Positions 27,171 to 40,718 of a DNA stretch of 64,000 bases are shown here, piece by piece. Source of the DNA: the human T2T-CHM13v2.0 reference genome, Homo sapiens; the NCBI RefSeq assembly GCF_009914755.1, contig NC_060929.1. One strand, written 5' to 3'. The notes under the pieces were generated by a model, which was not told the origin of the DNA, did not search any database, and saw nothing but the letters and a program-made list of their open reading frames with translations. Position numbers and translations under genes: made by a program. How positions within the stretch are numbered: the first letter of the stretch is position 1; each line of letters opens with the position of its first letter.

Positions 27171-27891
27171 TGAAAACACCATTGCAAAATTATAACTGAG
27201 ACAGTGAAAGAGATCTGACCTAACCAACTCCATCTTGCTTCTAACCTCCAAGCTGTCTTTGTTCATTCCTGGGTGTAGGGCTGAACTAACTTTGGGAGGA
27301 ACTTAGTTTATAGTTTAGCTTTGAAACAAAGATGATAACAGCCCTTTCCCAAAACAAAACCCCTTCCTGCCTGGGGACTAGACTGCCTTTGTTGGACTGA
27401 CAAATTGGCTAGAAGATTAGAAGTTATGGTTTAGGAGTCATACAGCTAGAAGCTACAAGATTCTGACCCTCCCCAAATTGCTCCTGGCGATAACATCACT
27501 ATTGCAAAACCTAAGATCAGTGTTTGAGATATTTTGCAGACCCTACACTCGATGGATCAGCTGGCACCCAGATCAGTAAACTGGCTCATCTGCTCTTGTG
27601 GCCCCCAACCAGGAACTGACTCAGCCCAAGAGGACAGCTTCGACTCCTTAATTTCATCTCCAACCTGACCAATTAGGACTCCTGATTCACTGGCTCCCCT
27701 CTACCCACCAAATTATCCTTAAAAACTTCAATCCCCAAACTCTTGGGGAGACTGATTTGAGTAATGATAGAACTCTGGTCTCCTGCACAGCTGGCTCTGC
27801 GTGAATTACCCTTTCTCTTTTAAAATTCCCCTGTCCTAATAAATAGGCTCTGTCTAGGCAGCAGGCAAGGTGAACCCGTTGGATGGTTACA
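27171..27891 (+). mobile_element. LTR8-family ERV1 solo LTR
   Basis: tgaaaacaccattgcaaaattataactgagacagtgaaagagatctgacc...aataaa...ggttaca. Perfect TSD TTGA (27167-27170 / 27892-27895). Confidence 0.9.
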
Positions 27892-28369
27892 TTGATGTCT
27901 AAGTTAACCTTAAGGAAAGTTAAACAGCTGTAGTAGAAATATTACATTTCCTAACAAACTCTCAAGTGTTTCTAAACAAATTTATTTTCCCTTTCTACTT
28001 TTTTCTCTTTATTATTTCATATAAATATTTTTGGTGGTGAATACCTTTGTAATTTAGTCTTTTGTTACAAAATATTCAGATGGGTCCATGACTGAATTTG
28101 AGGAATAATTAACATTCCCCAGAGATGATTCAAAGGACTTTGTGGCACCCCTTCTGAAAGATAAAATGGGAACATCTTTATTAGTGGAAGAATATTTGCA
28201 TCTTGTTAGGCAAAAGCATAGAGTTGTTATTGTTGTTCTAAAGGGTATATACGGATGTTAAGCAGCTAAAGGAATAGCTGTGACAAAAATCCAGCTATTA
28301 TATTATTGCATATAATATATATGTATTAGTGTTGTTGTTGTTACCACTACTGTTATTATTATTACTATT

Positions 28370-29792
28370 ATTATTATTTGAGCTCCACATCCACATTTCT
28401 GTACTGAGGTGGAGACTGCAAGCTACATTTCTCCTTCATCAGAGCTCCATGTTTGATCCTGCCAATAGCAGTACTAGTGTTACAGCAGGTATCTAGCCAG
28501 GCATAAGCAACCCCCACCAGAGATGTCAGGTGGCCATCAGGTGATGGTCAGGCGGTTGTTACACTATTTCCCAGCACCAGGGAAAAGCAGTCTCCCAATA
28601 TAGAAAAAACCTGAAACTGGTGATTAGCAGCTTCCTAGTAAGATCTCAGGAGCTGGGCAAGTGGGCTCAGGCATGCACACTAAGAGGCAAAATGGCAAAG
28701 TTTAACCGGTACATCACCTTCTAGGTACATGCAGCTGGTAAGGAAAGAACGCCTCAAGTAAGCATCCATACAACTCCAGTAAACACACTGCGCATGCTCC
28801 CCTCCCAGGTGCTAGCAGGCCACTGTGCATGCAGACGGCCCACCCCATGAGAGCAACCAGGGGAGAAGGGATGCAAGTCCCCAGAAATATGCCAACATAT
28901 AAAACCCCAAGTCAAAGGTCAAATAGTGCACTTGATCTCTCAAGTCACCCACTTGGCACTCTTCCAAGTGTACTTTATTTCCTTTCCTTCCTGCTCTAAA
29001 GCTTTTTAATAAACTTTCACTCCTGCTGTAAAACTTTTCTCCATCTTTCATTTTGCCTTATGCTCCTTGGTCAAATTCTTTCTTCTGAGACAAGAACTGA
29101 GGTTGCTGCAAACCCGTATGGATTCACCATCAGTAACATACTTTGATGCCACGTTGCTCAGATATTCCCCCTAAGCGCTAACATACTTTAGTGCCACGTG
29201 ACTCAGGTACATTCCGCTGCTAACATTAGGGAGGAATTGGAAGGCAGGAGGCACTTGCTCATCCCTGCTTGCCCACTGGCTGTTCCTGCCAGCATTGCTC
29301 TGTCTGTCACCCTGCACCCCGGGCAGCAGAGGTTCGCTCCAGCTGCAGTTGTTTTCAGTTTTTTGCTTCTTCCCATACTTCCAGAATCAGCCTCATCACA
29401 CCCCACTCAGTGGTGCCAGCAGCAACAGGGCAGAGCCACTGCTTCAGAGATCTGCACCCCAGCTACCTAGTGCCCCCCCTCTGAGCCCTTGAGATGTAGA
29501 CAGCTGCCAGACAGCTTCACCTCTGAGGCCCTGAACTAAAGCAGCAGCCCCCTCCTCAGAGGTGAAGTCTCAACTCTGCAGGGCCTCTCCTCAAAGTTCT
29601 AGGTTCTGATAACCGCAAACATCTCCCTTCTTGCGATCATTATCTCTGAATACATCAGTGTCCTCTTTCATGTTTTTTCAATACTGTAACAACTGTTAAC
29701 CACTTTCTTATATTACATTTTCTCCCCTAAAATAGCTAGTGTGGTTTCTACTAAAAAAGGGTCATCTTTTTGACTGACCCTTGAATGTAATA
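28370..29792 (+). mobile_element. LTR33-like ERVL LTR, split by MER50
   Basis: gatcctgccaatagcagtactag | ggaattggaaggcagga. 3' end tattacattttctcccctaaaatagctagtgtggtttct...tgactgaccct. Confidence 0.65.
28478..29225 (+). mobile_element. MER50-like ERV1 solo LTR
   Basis: tgttacagcaggta...atgtcaggtggccatcaggtgatggtcaggcggttgtta, with TATA-like catataaaa, aataaa and end gctaaca. TSD ctag/ttag. Confidence 0.87.
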
Positions 29793-29799
29793 GGTGTCT

Positions 29800-30048
29800 G
29801 CTAGGGGGAACAAAGACGAGGAGGCCATAAAGATTGCTTGTGATCAAATAACTTTAGGAAGCACTGAGTTAAGCAAAGTTTACAAAGGTTTCTCTGCAAC
29901 AAGTCTCACCAGGGCCTGTGCATATGCTACTGGGCATTGTAAATTTCCAATGAGAAACATTTCTCAAACTTAATTAAGCAAGGAATCCATTTAGTGTGAA
30001 ATATGTTATGAGATTAATGTTTCACAGAGCAACAGTCAGAAATGCTGG
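29800..30048 (-). mobile_element. MER103C-like hAT-Charlie relic
   Basis: caaataactttaggaagcactgagttaagcaaagtt...aggtttct...atatgctactgggcattgtaaatttccaa...catttctcaaactta. Confidence 0.65.
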
Positions 30049-30732
30049 ACTCAAGTAATAGGTCCTCGAAAAACTTCCAGAAAAACTTGCCTATTACCAT
30101 TAGGAAAACACACGATATCTTACATTATCCTATAAAATAGAAGGTACTTCCTTTAAAACAGACAGAAAAACCTGGTGGACCCACTATGATACATTCATTC
30201 CAGGCTAGGTCTCTGCAGACATAGCAAAGTGGAGAATAGAGGCAATTCTTTTAAAAAGAAAGTGCCAACATTTTAGTGAATATTCCAGATAGAAAGCTAA
30301 AAATTTGATCTTAAAGTATAGTGCTACACTCTGATAACAGTTTCAACTTAAGGATTAATATTTAATTTTCTTTATATTAATTTATTATTGCTAACTTCTT
30401 ATTATGGGAATTCTATCCAGTCCTCTTATCAAGTTAACCATAGCATTAATCATCCAATCTCCTATAATTATGAGTTTCACAGGCTGAGAAAATGCCATTC
30501 TCCTTTTTGTAAGTCAAACACACAAAGGTTTACATGTTTAACATCAAAAGCAACTTGAGGCACAAAGGATCATTATACAAAGCCCTTTGTTGCCAGGTCC
30601 AGAGCCAAAATTAAGTAGGAAGTATAAGAAATAGTTCAGTGAATGTGGACATTGGGAAGAGGACTACTCATTGTCCTCTCTCATACCTGCATTCTTATCA
30701 TAACTCTCTCCTTCTTCCACATTCATTCAAGG

Positions 30733-31337
30733 CGTTGGGGCTCAGAAATCAATACCCCAACAATACGGCATTTTGACATGCTAAACTGAAGATGAACCTT
30801 CAAGGTCTCTCTGACCTCCTCTCAAATCCTGTATCTCAATCCTCTGTCTCTCCCAGATCCCAGAATGAAGTTATTTCTGAAATTCCCTTATCTGCCTAAA
30901 GTGCAGAACTGCCAAAGAAGAAAATAATCACCTCTGGTCCTTTCCCTGAGAGTTCATTAACCGAATTTGTGTTGCAGAAGAAAGACCAAAGTCTGTCAAC
31001 ACACCTGGATAGACTTTTGTCACAAACCATTGTCTGCTTTGCAGGCCCAAGAGACTTTGTTCCAGGCCACTGTATGTTCTTCAAGCCCACTGAATTCTCC
31101 TAAAGATCATTTACAATCTCCTTAAAATCATTCACATTTCCTTATTTCCCTTTTCCCTAAGAAAAAGAGTATATAACCATCTGTACCCCTATTGCATGGT
31201 GGAGTAATCACTCTGATTTTCCCTTCATGCATGTTGATAAATATGTATACCTTTTCTCCTATTAATCTGCCTTTTGTGAGTTGATTTTCCAGCAAACTTT
31301 CAGAGGGCAAAGGGGAATTTTTCCCTTGGGCCCTACA
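30733..31337 (+). mobile_element. MER34/MER39-family ERV1 solo LTR, probably within an L2 relic
   Basis: gttggggctcagaaatcaataccccaa...ggggaatttttcccttgggccctaca. TSD aagg/gagg. Confidence 0.82.
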
Positions 31338-31924
31338 GAGGCCCATTTTACAGACCCAACTCAGGTGGCATTTCCACTGTGAAACCCTCTCCAACTGCTC
31401 TGGTCCATTAAGCTCTTCCTTTTCGGAACTCTGGTGGTGTTTATTGTTTACACCCCTGATTTGAGCACGTTATAAATGCCTTTACATTGTTGTTTACTTA
31501 TAGACATAAATGCCATGTCTCCACATTAACATAGACACTTTTATAGCAGGGACCATGGTATATGTCTACAGCAACTACATCACCTGAACAACATCTGAAA
31601 AGATATTTGTTTCTAGTTTTCAAATATATCCATATGAAAAATAATATACACTTAATGCATAGCATTCACAGAGAAGGAAGAAATTAACATGGAATCCAGA
31701 TTTCCGGGTCCTCAGTGGGTTATGAAGTTTATAGGAACACCTGTTTTAGAAGAATTTCATGCCTTCTTCGTAATAAGTGCTGAGTAGATGGAAGTTGATG
31801 ATAATGATTATTATAGAATTGGAATAGTTGGGATTCCCTGTGGGATCGCAAATGGAACCAGCTAAAGGTATGCTCATTAGAACAGTATTTATTAAGTTCC
31901 AGTCATAGAAAGTATTGACAGAAT

Positions 31925-32155
31925 TGTGACATGGAAAGAGCACTGATTCGGAATCAGAACTTGATTCTTTAAAACCTCCACTTACTCGTGTGGCCTTGAA
32001 CAAGTACTTTACTTTCCTCGGCATCAATTTCTCTATTTATAAAACAAAGATAATAATGACCTCAAGCAGTTACTGTGGTGATTACATAAAATAAAGTGTT
32101 GGTTCATTACACATTTGACATATAGTAAGAGCTTAATAACTGGTAGTAGTAGCTG
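31925..32155 (+). mobile_element. MIR
   Basis: ggaaagagcactg...ccacttactcgtgtggccttgaacaagtactttactt...aatttctctatttataaaac. Confidence 0.75.
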
Positions 32156-32392
32156 TTGCTAATATTTGTAGAGAAAGCTTGCACCCAGGTGAGTAGAGTG
32201 GACAATCACCTATCCAAAGTGAAGTTATTCACCTGCCTATTCCAGTGTTTAAATTCCAAACCAGAATTCATTCCCATGGGTTTAAGGATTATTCCCTATT
32301 AAAATGTCCAACACATTAATCTTCTATCTACTATCAGTGTTTACTGCTTCGTAGGAATTTATCACCCCGAGAGCTAACCTTGATTCACTCTT

Positions 32393-32688
<296 letters not shown>

Positions 32689-33724
32689 CCTTGATTCACT
32701 CTTGTAGCCATGTACTAAGGCATTACTATGTCCCAGATCCTCTGCAGGACAAGAGGGAGATGAATAAAATGCTCATAAGTCTTTCTCTTGGTTGGTGGAA
32801 GTCTCACTGTGCACTTGCTTGAGAGAAAGTAGAGAAGACGAAGGGGAATGAAAGGCCCAGCAAGGCAACTAAACTGCTGAAAGGAGGGGCTGAAGGATTC
32901 CCGCGAGGGCCCTGTCTAATCTACCATGTGGCCTAGAAACTGCCCTGGCTGACTTAGAAGGTGAGAAAACAATGTATAAAAAAGATTTAGATGAATTATA
33001 AGGTATTTTAAAGCAAACTAATATCTGGCTTTATTGTCCAGAATTGTGGATGGTTTTGAATTCGTCAACAAGCTGTGCAGCCTCTGCCTGCAGCACATGG
33101 AACAGCGAGGCCAGAAGGAATGTGGGGACAGACATTTTGGCTTCCAGATGTCTTCTAGCTGTACAGGCACATCAGAAATTTGGGGTATCCCCTCCTCAAT
33201 ATGGTGAAATTTTCTTCTGAACAATAAAAAAATGGCTTGCTACATGAATTTTTTTTTTTAGTAAAAGCTAAATAGTAGACCTATTTTTTTAAATGAACTG
33301 CTTTAGCAATTACTCTAAATGATGCTAATCATTTGCATGCAAACAATAATTAGATAATTAAGCAAGCTGGGATGGACCTGTATTTGGCCCCACTTTCCCA
33401 TCCATTTGTTTTGCATTTCTGTATATTTGAAAAAATACACAAGTGGATATCTTTAAAACAGTCTATAATTCAGATTTTCACTAGTGCACTCTGACTTTAA
33501 TCCCCAATTCATCCAAATTAGTAAGGCTTAACCATAGTTTCTCAAAGCCTTTGGGATCTTACTTCAGTGTATCCACATCATTTTCTCCTGAATTATCTGG
33601 ATTCATCCCCAAGTCCACCGTATAACTACAGTCCTCTTCCCTGCCCCCACTTCACTCAGGCTGCAGTTACATATTAAGAAATTTGGTACCACTGCTCCTA
33701 CCCAAAGCCATTTCCTCCTTTCAC

Positions 33725-34100
33725 CCAGAAGCTAATCAAGTTACGGCCTCAAATTAGAGTTAATCGCCTGATATATTTTATAATTTATGAGAGTGTTACA
33801 TCTGATGTGAAGTAATCAAGTTTTATGATCTATGACTGCATTTGTGGTTTATTGACTCAGAGTTTGGGTATTTCGCTTCTAAAAATGGATTTAATATGGC
33901 CAGATTAGTTGGCCCTTTCTGCGAAGGCCATCCTGAGTCACTCCCCAATAGTCACAGAGTTCCTCCTAATCCCTTAAATATCCCCTCAATATTAAGGCTG
34001 ATCCAGAGCTGCATGTGTGCTTCATCAGAATAATAACAGCAACAATTCCTCCTATTTGTATAATGCTTAATATTTTTCAAAGCACTGTTGTTAAATGTCA
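33725..34100. promoter_or_regulatory. Candidate enhancer in unique sequence (homeodomain, AP-1 and RUNX motif cluster)
   Basis: TAATC cores, TTTATGA x2, TTTATTG, TGTGGTT (33843), TGACTCA (33853) and TGAGTCA (33934). Motif evidence only. Confidence 0.35.
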
Positions 34101-35112
34101 TCCCCTCCCAAACCGGGTCCAGTGATAGGAAACTGAGAAGAATCTCATTTTCCTCATTAAAATAAAGTAAAAAAATGTTAATATCAGAGGAAATGGAGCT
34201 GCCAGTCCCTTGGTTCCACATTCATTAGTAGACTCCTGCTAAAAGTTGCTGAGCTTCCCATTGTGCCGAGCAGTCGTGGATGGTCACATCAGTCTTCTTC
34301 CCTCTCCTCGGTTGCTCCAGAGAGTCCCACTGCTTTCTCTTTAGCTCTCCCTCACTGATGGAGGGGTCATCTGTCTGGGGCAGGTGATGAGAAGCATCAT
34401 GTCGGCTGCCTCTCCTCAAGCGGCCCCTGCCAGCTGTGATCAGTGTTACCAGGCAAAGCCCTCTCAACTGCCCTCTGAATCTGAAATCCTCCTTTGGGTT
34501 TTTCCTGTGCTCAGTGCAATCAGTCCAGAGACGTTAGGCCCTCGAAGTTGGCATAGACACAGTCATGATTTTTCACCTGCTAAGTGGCTCTGGGACTTTT
34601 TCCAGTCCTCAAGATCTAACAAACCGCACTCTGCAATCACAGCTTTGCTGAAGTTCCGCCACCAGCAAAAGAAGTCAGAACAGGCTCGCCTAGTAGGAGC
34701 AGAGCCCACTGGGCTGCTGGGAAGCCTAGCAGAGACAGCAGGAAGCAGGGCAGCTCCTGAAAGGCTGGAGCAGCATTCTACTGGCGTTCACATTTGTTCC
34801 ATTCTGGACATTACACTGTGTGTGTGACCGTGGCCCAGCTCCAGAGACTTAAAGTGGAGCACACATCTATGTGTTTTTGTGTTTTCCATCTTACTATCCC
34901 TAATCCAAGTTTCTTTAAGCTGTGACAATGCTTTAAAAATCTAAGCATTGTTTCAAGACGGTGCTACTCTATGAGATGCCTTTACAGAAGAGCTTTAACC
35001 TTATATGTCTTGCTCTCTTCCCTCTACAGCACCATTGGTGCACCTAAAATGTACCTGGGTGCCTTAACAATAGCATGAGCAATTGCCCACTCATCAGATT
35101 TCTGGCAGGAGA

Positions 35113-35452
35113 TGTGGTAATCACTAGTGTCAATAGCAAAAGCCTTCTAGCTATCTGCCTTTCAGGTACATGGTGGGGCATACTTAACTGTTTGCTCTGA
35201 TGTTAGGCATAGCATGGACCTACTTGGTTCAATAAAGAGACAGCAGAAGTGATGTGTGTCATTTCCAAGGGAAAGTCTCACAGCCAGACAATACTTTATC
35301 AGCCTGGGCCTGGGTGACTATGAGGAGCAGAGCCTCTGCCCACTGACAATGGACACATCCCATGAATAGGAAAGACACACATATTGTGTTATGCCACTAA
35401 GAGCTTTGAGCTGTTAGTTATTGCAGCATAAACTGACCTAACCTGACTACTA
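35113..35452 (+). mobile_element. MLT1I/L-like MaLR LTR
   Basis: gcagaagtgatgtgtgtcatttcc...tgttatgccactaaga...gttattgcagcataa...cctgact. Confidence 0.7.
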
Positions 35453-36957
35453 TCTGGGTGGAGGAGGGACCAACAGGATCTGAAAACCAGCGCCCATCAA
35501 CTCAGGCAGATGGTTCAGCATTGCAGGAATTTACCTGACCTCCATTGAAGAGGGGGTACAAATGAGCTCAGCAACCCTAATCTGACCAGACAAAGCAGCG
35601 GACAGTCACTGCTACCACTATTGCCACACGTCAAAATAATATGCAAAATGTGTGGCTTGCTGTCAAGATAATTCCATTTCCTGAAAGTCTCTCTCGTTTT
35701 GGAGCGGGCATACGTTACACATTTTCTTCACTATATTTTTCAGAAACAAAGGAAGAGAAAAAAGGATCCTGCCAAACAGCATTTATATTTAGCATGCACC
35801 ATATGCACATGTGCGTTACAGAGTACAAAGACATGTGGCAGTCCCGCCAGATTGAAGTCAGCAGGATAGAGAGCAGGAGATATAATATACAAGTGCGAGA
35901 CTCTCAGTAGCATAAATGGAGGCATTTCTGAGAACAAAATGGCTCTTTGTGTCTTGACTTCACAAGATTCTTCAGTAGCCACTTCAGAATATTCTAGGGG
36001 AGCCTAATCTTTAGATGCAAGGCCATGAGTGAAAGGAGGGCTTGGTGGGCAAAAGGTCTTTGAAGTGGAGTGCAGTTACTTAGGGCCCCTGCAGGTTCTT
36101 GCTAATCCACTTTACTACATCCTCCACTACAGAGCTCCATTTGGAACAGGAGGTTTTCTCCTCAGAGTCAAGGAGGGAGAAAATATTTTGAGGGAAAGAT
36201 GGTGTCTACCAGCATCAAAGTCACGCTTAGGAAAACCGAGCACTTCGTGATTACGAAGGGAGCATGAGAATGAACTGCTCAGGCCCTGAAGGGGGAACTG
36301 AATCTAGGACACTGCAAATAAGGTAGGAAAAGCAAGCATGTGAATACACAACTGTGTGTGGGAGGGTATTATTGCCATCCCATCAGCTTTAAACCAGCGG
36401 GTGAGTGAGAGAAGGAAAGGCCACTGCCCACTCCTGGGTGCCACAAGGAAGGGTTTTCCCTGAACATGTGAATGGCTGTTCATGGCCCTTTACTCACACC
36501 ACCCCTAGTGAGTTGGGGTGATTTATCAGGTTGCTGTATTTGGGAGGAAAACTGGCATGCTTAGCTCAGCAACACCATTCCTCCTCCTGGCCTGCCCCAG
36601 CCCAGCAGTATGGTGACTTGGGTGGGTAAGTCTGCCTATCAGTCTTGTTTCATAGCCATAAAGTCGCATCCTACCATCTCATAGAGGTAATATTTTGGTT
36701 CCAGATCTGCCTCTCCTATTCCTCAAATGATTGTTATTCCTTTTCTATTTTTTCTTCTTTAAATTATTCAGAATCATTGGTGGGTAACAGGTGAGACTAA
36801 GTGGATTTTCCCACCACTACCAACACACGCACCCCCAAATGGAGTAACCAAGGTGGATTATTTCTTTCCAGGGCCTTAGTCCTGTTAATGGTGCATGTTT
36901 TGTGGTCAGAACTCAGCTATTCAAAGGTTACATCTTAGTGAAAACATGGCATGTTCT

Positions 36958-37302
36958 TGTTACAATCTGAATATTTGTGTCCCCCCACCTAAAATATATT
37001 GTTGAAATCTTAAGCCCAAAGTGGATGTCTTTGGGAGGTGATTAGGTCATGAGGGCAGAGCGGTCATAGATATAATTAGTGTCCTTATAAAAGATGTCTA
37101 AGGGATCTTATTTCCTCCTTCTACCACGTGAGGACACAGCAAGAAGGTGCCATCTGGCAGAAAGTGAGCCCTCACCAGACATCAAATCTGCTGGTTACCT
37201 TGATCTTGAACTTCCTCTAGAACTATAAGAAATAAATTTATGTTGTTTAACAATTTCCCATTCTAAGGGGTTTTGCTTTAGCAGCCTGAACAAGTTAAGA
37301 CA
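36958..37302 (+). mobile_element. MLT1A0-like MaLR solo LTR
   Basis: tgttacaatctgaatatttgtgtccccc...gtgaggacacagcaagaaggtgccatc...taagaca. Perfect TSD GTTCT (36953-36957 / 37303-37307). Confidence 0.9.
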
Positions 37303-38637
37303 GTTCTAAAGCAAAATTATCTACTCTTAGCTTTGGGGTGTTTTTTCAGTTTTAAGTATAAGAGTTATACCCATTTACATCTGATCTATAGGGTCTCTAA
37401 TGAGCCTCTACCGAAAAAAAAAGACTCCACCCCAGATCACCATCACAGATCAGACTTACATATAGACATGTGTGGGCTTATCCAATGCAGATCAGGTAAA
37501 AACAACTTCCTGAGAGAATATATCGCGACAGAAGAAGAGAAGTTAGAGCCAGCAATCGATCCTGATTGCGGATGGTGAGTGCTGTTCTTCCAAAACATAC
37601 AGTGGCTGATATTGGAACACTTCTAGAAATAGCCTGCCTGGAGGCTTAGATTCACATTAGCAGAAAGGGGCTATGTGTGCAACTTTAAAGAATATATTAA
37701 TTTCTGTAGTTTGGGAAGGGGGATCCTAAGATACCTTGATCTGGAGCTTCCTACAGCTGAGCATAGCACATAGGAAGCATTTTTTCATCTCAATTTGCAA
37801 ATAGAATAATAAGAATCTCCAGCCTTGAGGCATAGTAAGTATGATCCGCTTTCACAGACATAGAGATTTCCAGTTCCATTGATATCTAGATGGTAGACTG
37901 GCACTATCCAAAGTGATGGGCAGAGGTGTATTTAGCCCAGAGAAGCACTCTGTGGAAGAGTGACTCCTGAAGTTATGGAGTTGCAGCCCACCTAGACTGC
38001 ATCATGCAACAGCCAGAGGTCATCTGTGGAGATATGAGAGCCTCCCTGGGGAGTCCCAGAAGAACCTGGGACGACAGCACTTCCTGTCCCAGTTCCTGTA
38101 TTCCTTGGAACCAGCCCAGTGGCACAACCTTAGCCTTTTGTAACAGTTTATAGGAAATTCACTGGTATCTATTTAGATCCAGTTTAATGATTCCTTCTCT
38201 ACTGATATTTTTCTCCCTTATACATTTTATTCCATCTTTGCTAAGAGTGGCCCACCTGCGCCACCCCCATGTTTGACTCACATGGTCTATAAAGCAGAAA
38301 CCAAAACCACAAAGAGTCACCCCTTCCCCTCCCGCAGCCCTCTTTCCCCCACCTCCTCCATGCATCTCTCAACCCCAGAGGTGAAGCAGCATACGTATCT
38401 ACTCAAAAGATAAACCATTTCAGGTCACACATTCATTCTTGTTCATACCTTTATAGAGGACTGACCTAAGAGAAAATATAATAAGCTCTTGCCCACATTA
38501 TGAGAATTTAGAGACCCCAGTAAAAGCACCACTCACAACGCTTCCTTCCCCTTTACAAATGCCTAAAATTCGACTGCAAAAGAATCATTCATTTGGCCTT
38601 AAGCTTGATCCCCTAGTAGAATGCAAACAAGAGAATA

Positions 38638-39117
38638 TGTATGGCAGAGACAACTGATAGCCTACCCAATATCCATTCTTTTCCACCTTCACATAACAAA
38701 CTCCCAGTTTTATTCTGGATGGCAAGGTGCCCACATAACAAAACTAGGAAACCAGCCTCCTTTACAGCCATGGATGTCACATGACACAGTTCTGACCCAT
38801 GTAGAAAGAATTCTTAAGAAGGGCTTCTAGAAAAACTCTTTAGGGTGGGCCGACTTAGCTGACCTCCTCCCTTTCCAACCTTCCTGCTTTCTCATGCATG
38901 AAATATAGATATAATGGTAGGAGCAGGGATAGTCATCTTATGGCCACAAGGGAAAGGTCAAGGCCATTAGAGACCTTGAGCCACTGTACCACAGCCATCA
39001 GCTATTAGTTCCCAAACCTCTCATTACATGAGAAAAATAAACCCTCATATACTGTGAAGTCCTCTTAGTTACGTCTCTTTTATTAGTAGTAACCGAATGC
39101 AATTTATGAGATGCATA
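38638..39117 (+). mobile_element. MLT1J/K-like MaLR LTR
   Basis: ggcagagac...cctacccaatatccattc...cacatgacacagttctgacc...tacatgagaaaaataaaccc. Confidence 0.72.
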
Positions 39118-39353
39118 CGTAAAGCATTACCAGAAGCAAGTTTCACCCTTCAGTGAGTAAATTTATCAAATCTTTTCCTTTAAGAAGAAAATATCCAAAG
39201 TAAAGGTTGGAAGGAGAAAGGAACTAGGCAGTAAATGCAATGGGTAAACTCTCCCCCTTCACATCCTTGGTAAATACTCAAATTAAGGCAGAATATTATT
39301 AGAATAAAAAAAGCAAGGTAAACATAAAATTACAGAACATGAATATACCCTCA

Positions 39354-39681
<328 letters not shown>

Positions 39682-40030
39682 CATTAAAGGAAATTAAGAG
39701 GAGTAAGCCTCCTAGGCAAAATGACACGGATTCCTCCAACCCATCTATACTGCTTCTGCCAACCCTTTTTCAAGGAGACAGGAAAGGGTTTTCAATCTCC
39801 AAGGAATCTTCCTTAGTCAATAATAGAACCTTTCTATATCCTATTATTTTAAAACCTTTCATCCTTGTATTTTTTAGTTGGCTGTTCTTATTATCAAATT
39901 ATTCAAAACAGAGTTTTATTTGGCCATTTGGCCAGAATCCTCAAACTCTTGGTGATTTCTTGCGGCATTTGACCTGAAGTTACGTGGCCATTTAATATCA
40001 TCACCATAATCCTCTCAAAAGCACATTTTT

Positions 40031-40334
40031 GGCTGGCTGTAGTGGCACACCTGGAATCCCAACACTTTGGGAGGCCAAGGCAGGAGGATCACTTGAGCCC
40101 AGGAGTTTGAAACCAGTCTCGGCAACATAGCAAAATCCTGTTTCTACAAAAAATAATAATAAAAAATTAGCCCAGGGTTGTGGCACATGCCTTTAGTCCC
40201 ACCTACTCGGGAGGCCGAGGCAGGAGGATCACTTAAGTCCAGGAATTTGAGGTTACAGTGAGCTATAATTGCACCAGATGGTGAATTTCAGTCCTGGTGC
40301 CAGAGTGAAACCCAGCCTCAAAAAAGAAAAAAAA
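40031..40334 (+). mobile_element. AluJ
   Basis: ggaggatcacttgagcccaggagttt is present in both arms, which is J-diagnostic. Confidence 0.9.
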
Positions 40335-40417
40335 GTAGTGAGGGGGCAATTTTTTTAAGGTAAACTTCCTTTAATCTACATCCAAGGTCATTTCCTCTGA
40401 TCAATCTATGCCTTACC

Positions 40418-40718
40418 TTTTTTTTTTTTTTTTTTTGAGACAGAGTCTCGCTCTGTCGCCCAGGCTGGAGTGCAGTGGCGCAATCTCCGCTCACTGCAAG
40501 CTCCGCCTCCCGGGTTGACACCATTCTCCTGCCTCCGCCTCCCAAGTAGCTGGGACTACAGGTGCCCCCCACTATGCCCGGCTAATTTTTTTGTATTTTT
40601 AGTAGAGACGGGGTTTCACCGTGTTAGCCAACATGGTCTCCATCTCCTGACCTCGTGATCCGCCTGTCTCGGCCTCCCAAACTGCTGGGATTACAGGCAT
40701 GAGCCGCCGCGCCCGGCC
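40418..40718 (-). mobile_element. AluY
   Basis: CpG-rich, with ctgcaagctccgcctcccggg and accgtgttagcca. Poly(T) tracts on both sides. Confidence 0.95.

Noticed and set aside
34384-34827. 147-aa ORF in unique sequence
   Set aside because: It starts at GTG with an in-frame ATG next, has no recognisable homology and shows no clear exon structure. It cannot be supported as a CDS without conservation or Ribo-seq data.
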